From: Eledone cirrhosa
Lineage: Eukaryota
NCBI GenBank assembly: GCA_964016885.1
Contig: OZ024740.1
Location: 204,786,001 to 204,850,000 of the forward strand
Length of the DNA stretch: 64,000 nucleotides
Direction: 5' to 3'
A program made the position numbers and the translations under genes. The stretch's first letter is position 1. Each line of letters begins with the position of its first letter. Below the pieces are notes generated by a model. That model was not told the DNA's origin. It ran no database searches and saw only the letters and a program-made list of their open reading frames with translations. Positions 61,666-64,000 of the stretch are shown here, in pieces.

Positions 61666-63808
61666 TCATCATCATCATCATCATCATCGTTTAACATCCA
61701 TGTTCCACGCTTGCATGGGTTTGGACGGGAGTTTTCCCACTTGAGGCAAGAGTGGTTGTCTTGCTCGCATAGGACTGTCTGGCGGGTTTTCTACAGCTGG
61801 ATGCCCTTCCTAACACCAACCACATTTACAGTGTGGGGCTGGGAGGTTTTTACCATGTTGCCTACACGGCCACATTACAGCGTGGACTGTCTGGCGTGTT
61901 TTCTACAGCTGGATGCCCTTCGTAACACCAACCACATTTACAGTGTGGGACTGGGAGGTTTTTACCGTGTTGCCTACACGGCCACATTACAGCGTGGATT
62001 GTGTGTTTTTTGTCGTGACACCTACACAATCTCATTTGTTTCGGCCTGGATGTTGTGGCACCAACATAACTTTACATTGAAAGGGGCGGTGTGGATGGGG
62101 TGGGGGTGTGGGACGGGGGTGTATTTTGTTAGAGATGCCTACTGACTGTAGTAGGTTTTACTTTGTATTTAGGTAAGGTGGGTCTTCTCTGTTACTGAGT
62201 ACCGCCAAAGGTCTCGGTCCAGTGACATTGTCTTGGAGAGGTGTAAGTGTGTGAGGTCGGAATTTATCAGCTCGTCCCAGGTTTTTCTGGGTCTGCCTAC
62301 TCCGTGGCTACCATCTATCTTTATTGCCCTGCACTTTGTTATACAGCTGTCGTCTTTCATGCGCATCACGTGACCATACCAACGTAGCCTTCTCTCGAGT
62401 AAACAACATCTGATCCCTCTTATTTCTAATTTTTTCCTTAGTTCGTTTATACTTTGCCGTTCACGTATATTACTATTACACATCCAGCGGAGCATGCAAG
62501 CTTCGTTCCTCTCTAGTCTGCGTATATCCTCTGCACACAATGCCCAGGTCTCACTGCCCTGCAACATTGCTGTTCGTATGCAGGCATCATACAACCTGCC
62601 TTTCATTTTTAGGGAGAACCCTTTAGCGGCTAATAGTGGTATAAGCTCTCTGAACTTTTTCCATCCAGTTCTGACTATAGCTACTGTACTTTCAGAGCAT
62701 CCTCCCCCACTGCTGATTTTGTCACCCAGGTAACGGAAACTGTCCACTATTTCTATAGAACCCTCTGCACAATTGAAAGAGCTAGTATTTTGTGGGCACT
62801 TGCTGCTACTTATTGCACCAGAGCACCGGCCACGTGTAAAATCTGTGTTCTTAGTTAGCTTACCTGTGATCCCACTACATCTTTTATGCACCCATACTTT
62901 GCATTTGGGACATAAAATGGAGTTTCTACCTACGCCTTTCCTACACACTGAGCATGGCCATTTCCCGGAAGGGACCGGCGCCTTATTTTCTTTCCTACAA
63001 ACTAGAACTTTAGTCTTAGCCAGGTTAATTTTAAGGCCTTTTGATTCTAGGCCGTGGATCCATGTTTGGAATTTCTTCTCTAGCTCGGCCATTGATTCAG
63101 CTATGAGCGTTAGATCATCTGCGTATAGGAGTTCCCATGGGCAGCCGGTCTTGAACTCCTCTGTTATAGACTGAAGGGCAATAATAAATAGTAGGGGGCT
63201 AAGAACACAGCCCTGATGGACACCAACTTTTACGCTAAACTCTTCACTATATTCGTTGTTAATTCTAACCTTGCTGACTGTTTCTTTATACATGGTTTGT
63301 ATAGCTCTCACAAGCCATTCATCAACACCTAGATTTCTAAGAGCCCACCAGATAATGGAACGGGGGACTCTGTCGAAGGCTTTCTCCAAGTCGACAAAAG
63401 CTAAGTATAGGGGTTTACTTTTAGCTAGGTACTTCTCCTGTAGTTGTCGTACAATGAAAAGAGCATCTGTGGTACTTTTGCCTGACACAAACCCGAACTG
63501 TATTTCATCTAGATCAATTCTCTCTCTGATTAGTTGTGCTATTACTTTTTCCGTGACCTTCATGACCTGGTCGATTAATTTAATGCCTCTATAGTTACTC
63601 CTATCTCGGGCGTCTCCTTTACCCTTGTAACAGTTAACGATGATGCTGCTACGCCAGTCCTTCAGAACAACCCCATTCTGTATGACTTGGTTTACTATCC
63701 GGGTGACCATGGTGTGTCCCACCATACCAGAGGCTTTCGGCATCTCAGCAACTATTTACGAAGGCCCAGCCGCCTTACCTGTCTTCATATCTTTGATTGC
63801 CTTACTTA
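61666..63808 (-). mobile_element. Young RTE-clade LINE (RT half + 3' UTR + (GAT)n tail), 5' part absent or beyond an interruption
   Basis: Open RT frame, 3' UTR with ~110-bp tandem duplication (61772-61995), (CAT)n at 61666-61688. Homology stops at ~63808, next to a (TA)n/palindrome block. Confidence 0.95.
62169..63743 (-). CDS. RTE LINE reverse transcriptase (partial ORF, 524 aa) with embedded PHD-like zinc finger
   Basis: NYRGIKLI, QFGFVSGKSTTDA, AFVDLEKAFDRVP, GVHQGCVLSPLLF, LYADD, FRYLG, RLRWYGHVMRM, GRPRKTW. An in-frame TAA just upstream (KAAGPS*IVAEM) means it is not a full-length ORF. Confidence 0.9.
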   Translation of the reverse strand: MPKASGMVGHTMVTRIVNQVIQNGVVLKDWRSSIIVNCYKGKGDARDRSNYRGIKLIDQVMKVTEKVIAQLIRERIDLDEIQFGFVSGKSTTDALFIVRQLQEKYLAKSKPLYLAFVDLEKAFDRVPRSIIWWALRNLGVDEWLVRAIQTMYKETVSKVRINNEYSEEFSVKVGVHQGCVLSPLLFIIALQSITEEFKTGCPWELLYADDLTLIAESMAELEKKFQTWIHGLESKGLKINLAKTKVLVCRKENKAPVPSGKWPCSVCRKGVGRNSILCPKCKVWVHKRCSGITGKLTKNTDFTRGRCSGAISSSKCPQNTSSFNCAEGSIEIVDSFRYLGDKISSGGGCSESTVAIVRTGWKKFRELIPLLAAKGFSLKMKGRLYDACIRTAMLQGSETWALCAEDIRRLERNEACMLRWMCNSNIRERQSINELRKKLEIRGIRCCLLERRLRWYGHVMRMKDDSCITKCRAIKIDGSHGVGRPRKTWDELINSDLTHLHLSKTMSLDRDLWRYSVTEKTHLT

Positions 63809-63828
63809 TTATACTACCTTATATATAT

Positions 63829-63997
63829 ATATTAATTCAAAATATTAATAAATGTAGACACGTAGACACAAAATATTAATAAATGTAGACATGATGAGGA
63901 CGTACTGAAAAAACAGCACAGTACCTCCGAAATATATATAATAAAATATATTTTGATTAAGTGAATGTCTACATTTATTAATATTTTGAATTAATAT
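63829..63997. repeat. 32-bp perfect inverted repeat enclosing a 5'-truncated hammerhead motif
   Basis: 63829-63860 is the reverse complement of 63966-63997. Inside: TGATGA-GGACGTACTG-(11 nt)-CAGTACCTCC-GAAA-TATATATA. Confidence 0.8.
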
Positions 63998-64000
63998 TAA

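Overview
Repeat-saturated, AT-rich animal genomic DNA with no host gene that can be called confidently. The SINE/LINE/microsatellite landscape suggests an octopus-type cephalopod, which is an inference only. Main contents: several RTE-clade LINE copies, including a 524-aa RT ORF with an embedded PHD-like finger at 62169-63743; a ~13-kb 41-49-bp satellite preceded by a more diverged precursor array; a Buster/Charlie hAT remnant carrying an internal minisatellite; a decayed Tx1/L1 LINE interrupted by a Mutator-like MITE; many tRNA-derived SINEs; and hAT, piggyBac and Tc1-type MITEs. A complete 4194-bp Gypsy LTR retrotransposon (5-bp TSD, LTRs 249/255 identical, -1 frameshift signal) is nested inside a Penelope-like element. 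The most notable signal is the Gypsy primer-binding site, which is exactly complementary to nucleotides 1-12 of the 5' end of metazoan tRNA-Phe rather than to any tRNA 3'-CCA end, implying priming by a short 5' tRNA fragment. The second is a recurring set of minimal hammerhead-ribozyme motifs and fold-back palindromes derived from Penelope pseudo-LTRs and lodged in (TA)n tracts. All coordinates were read by eye and no database searches were run.
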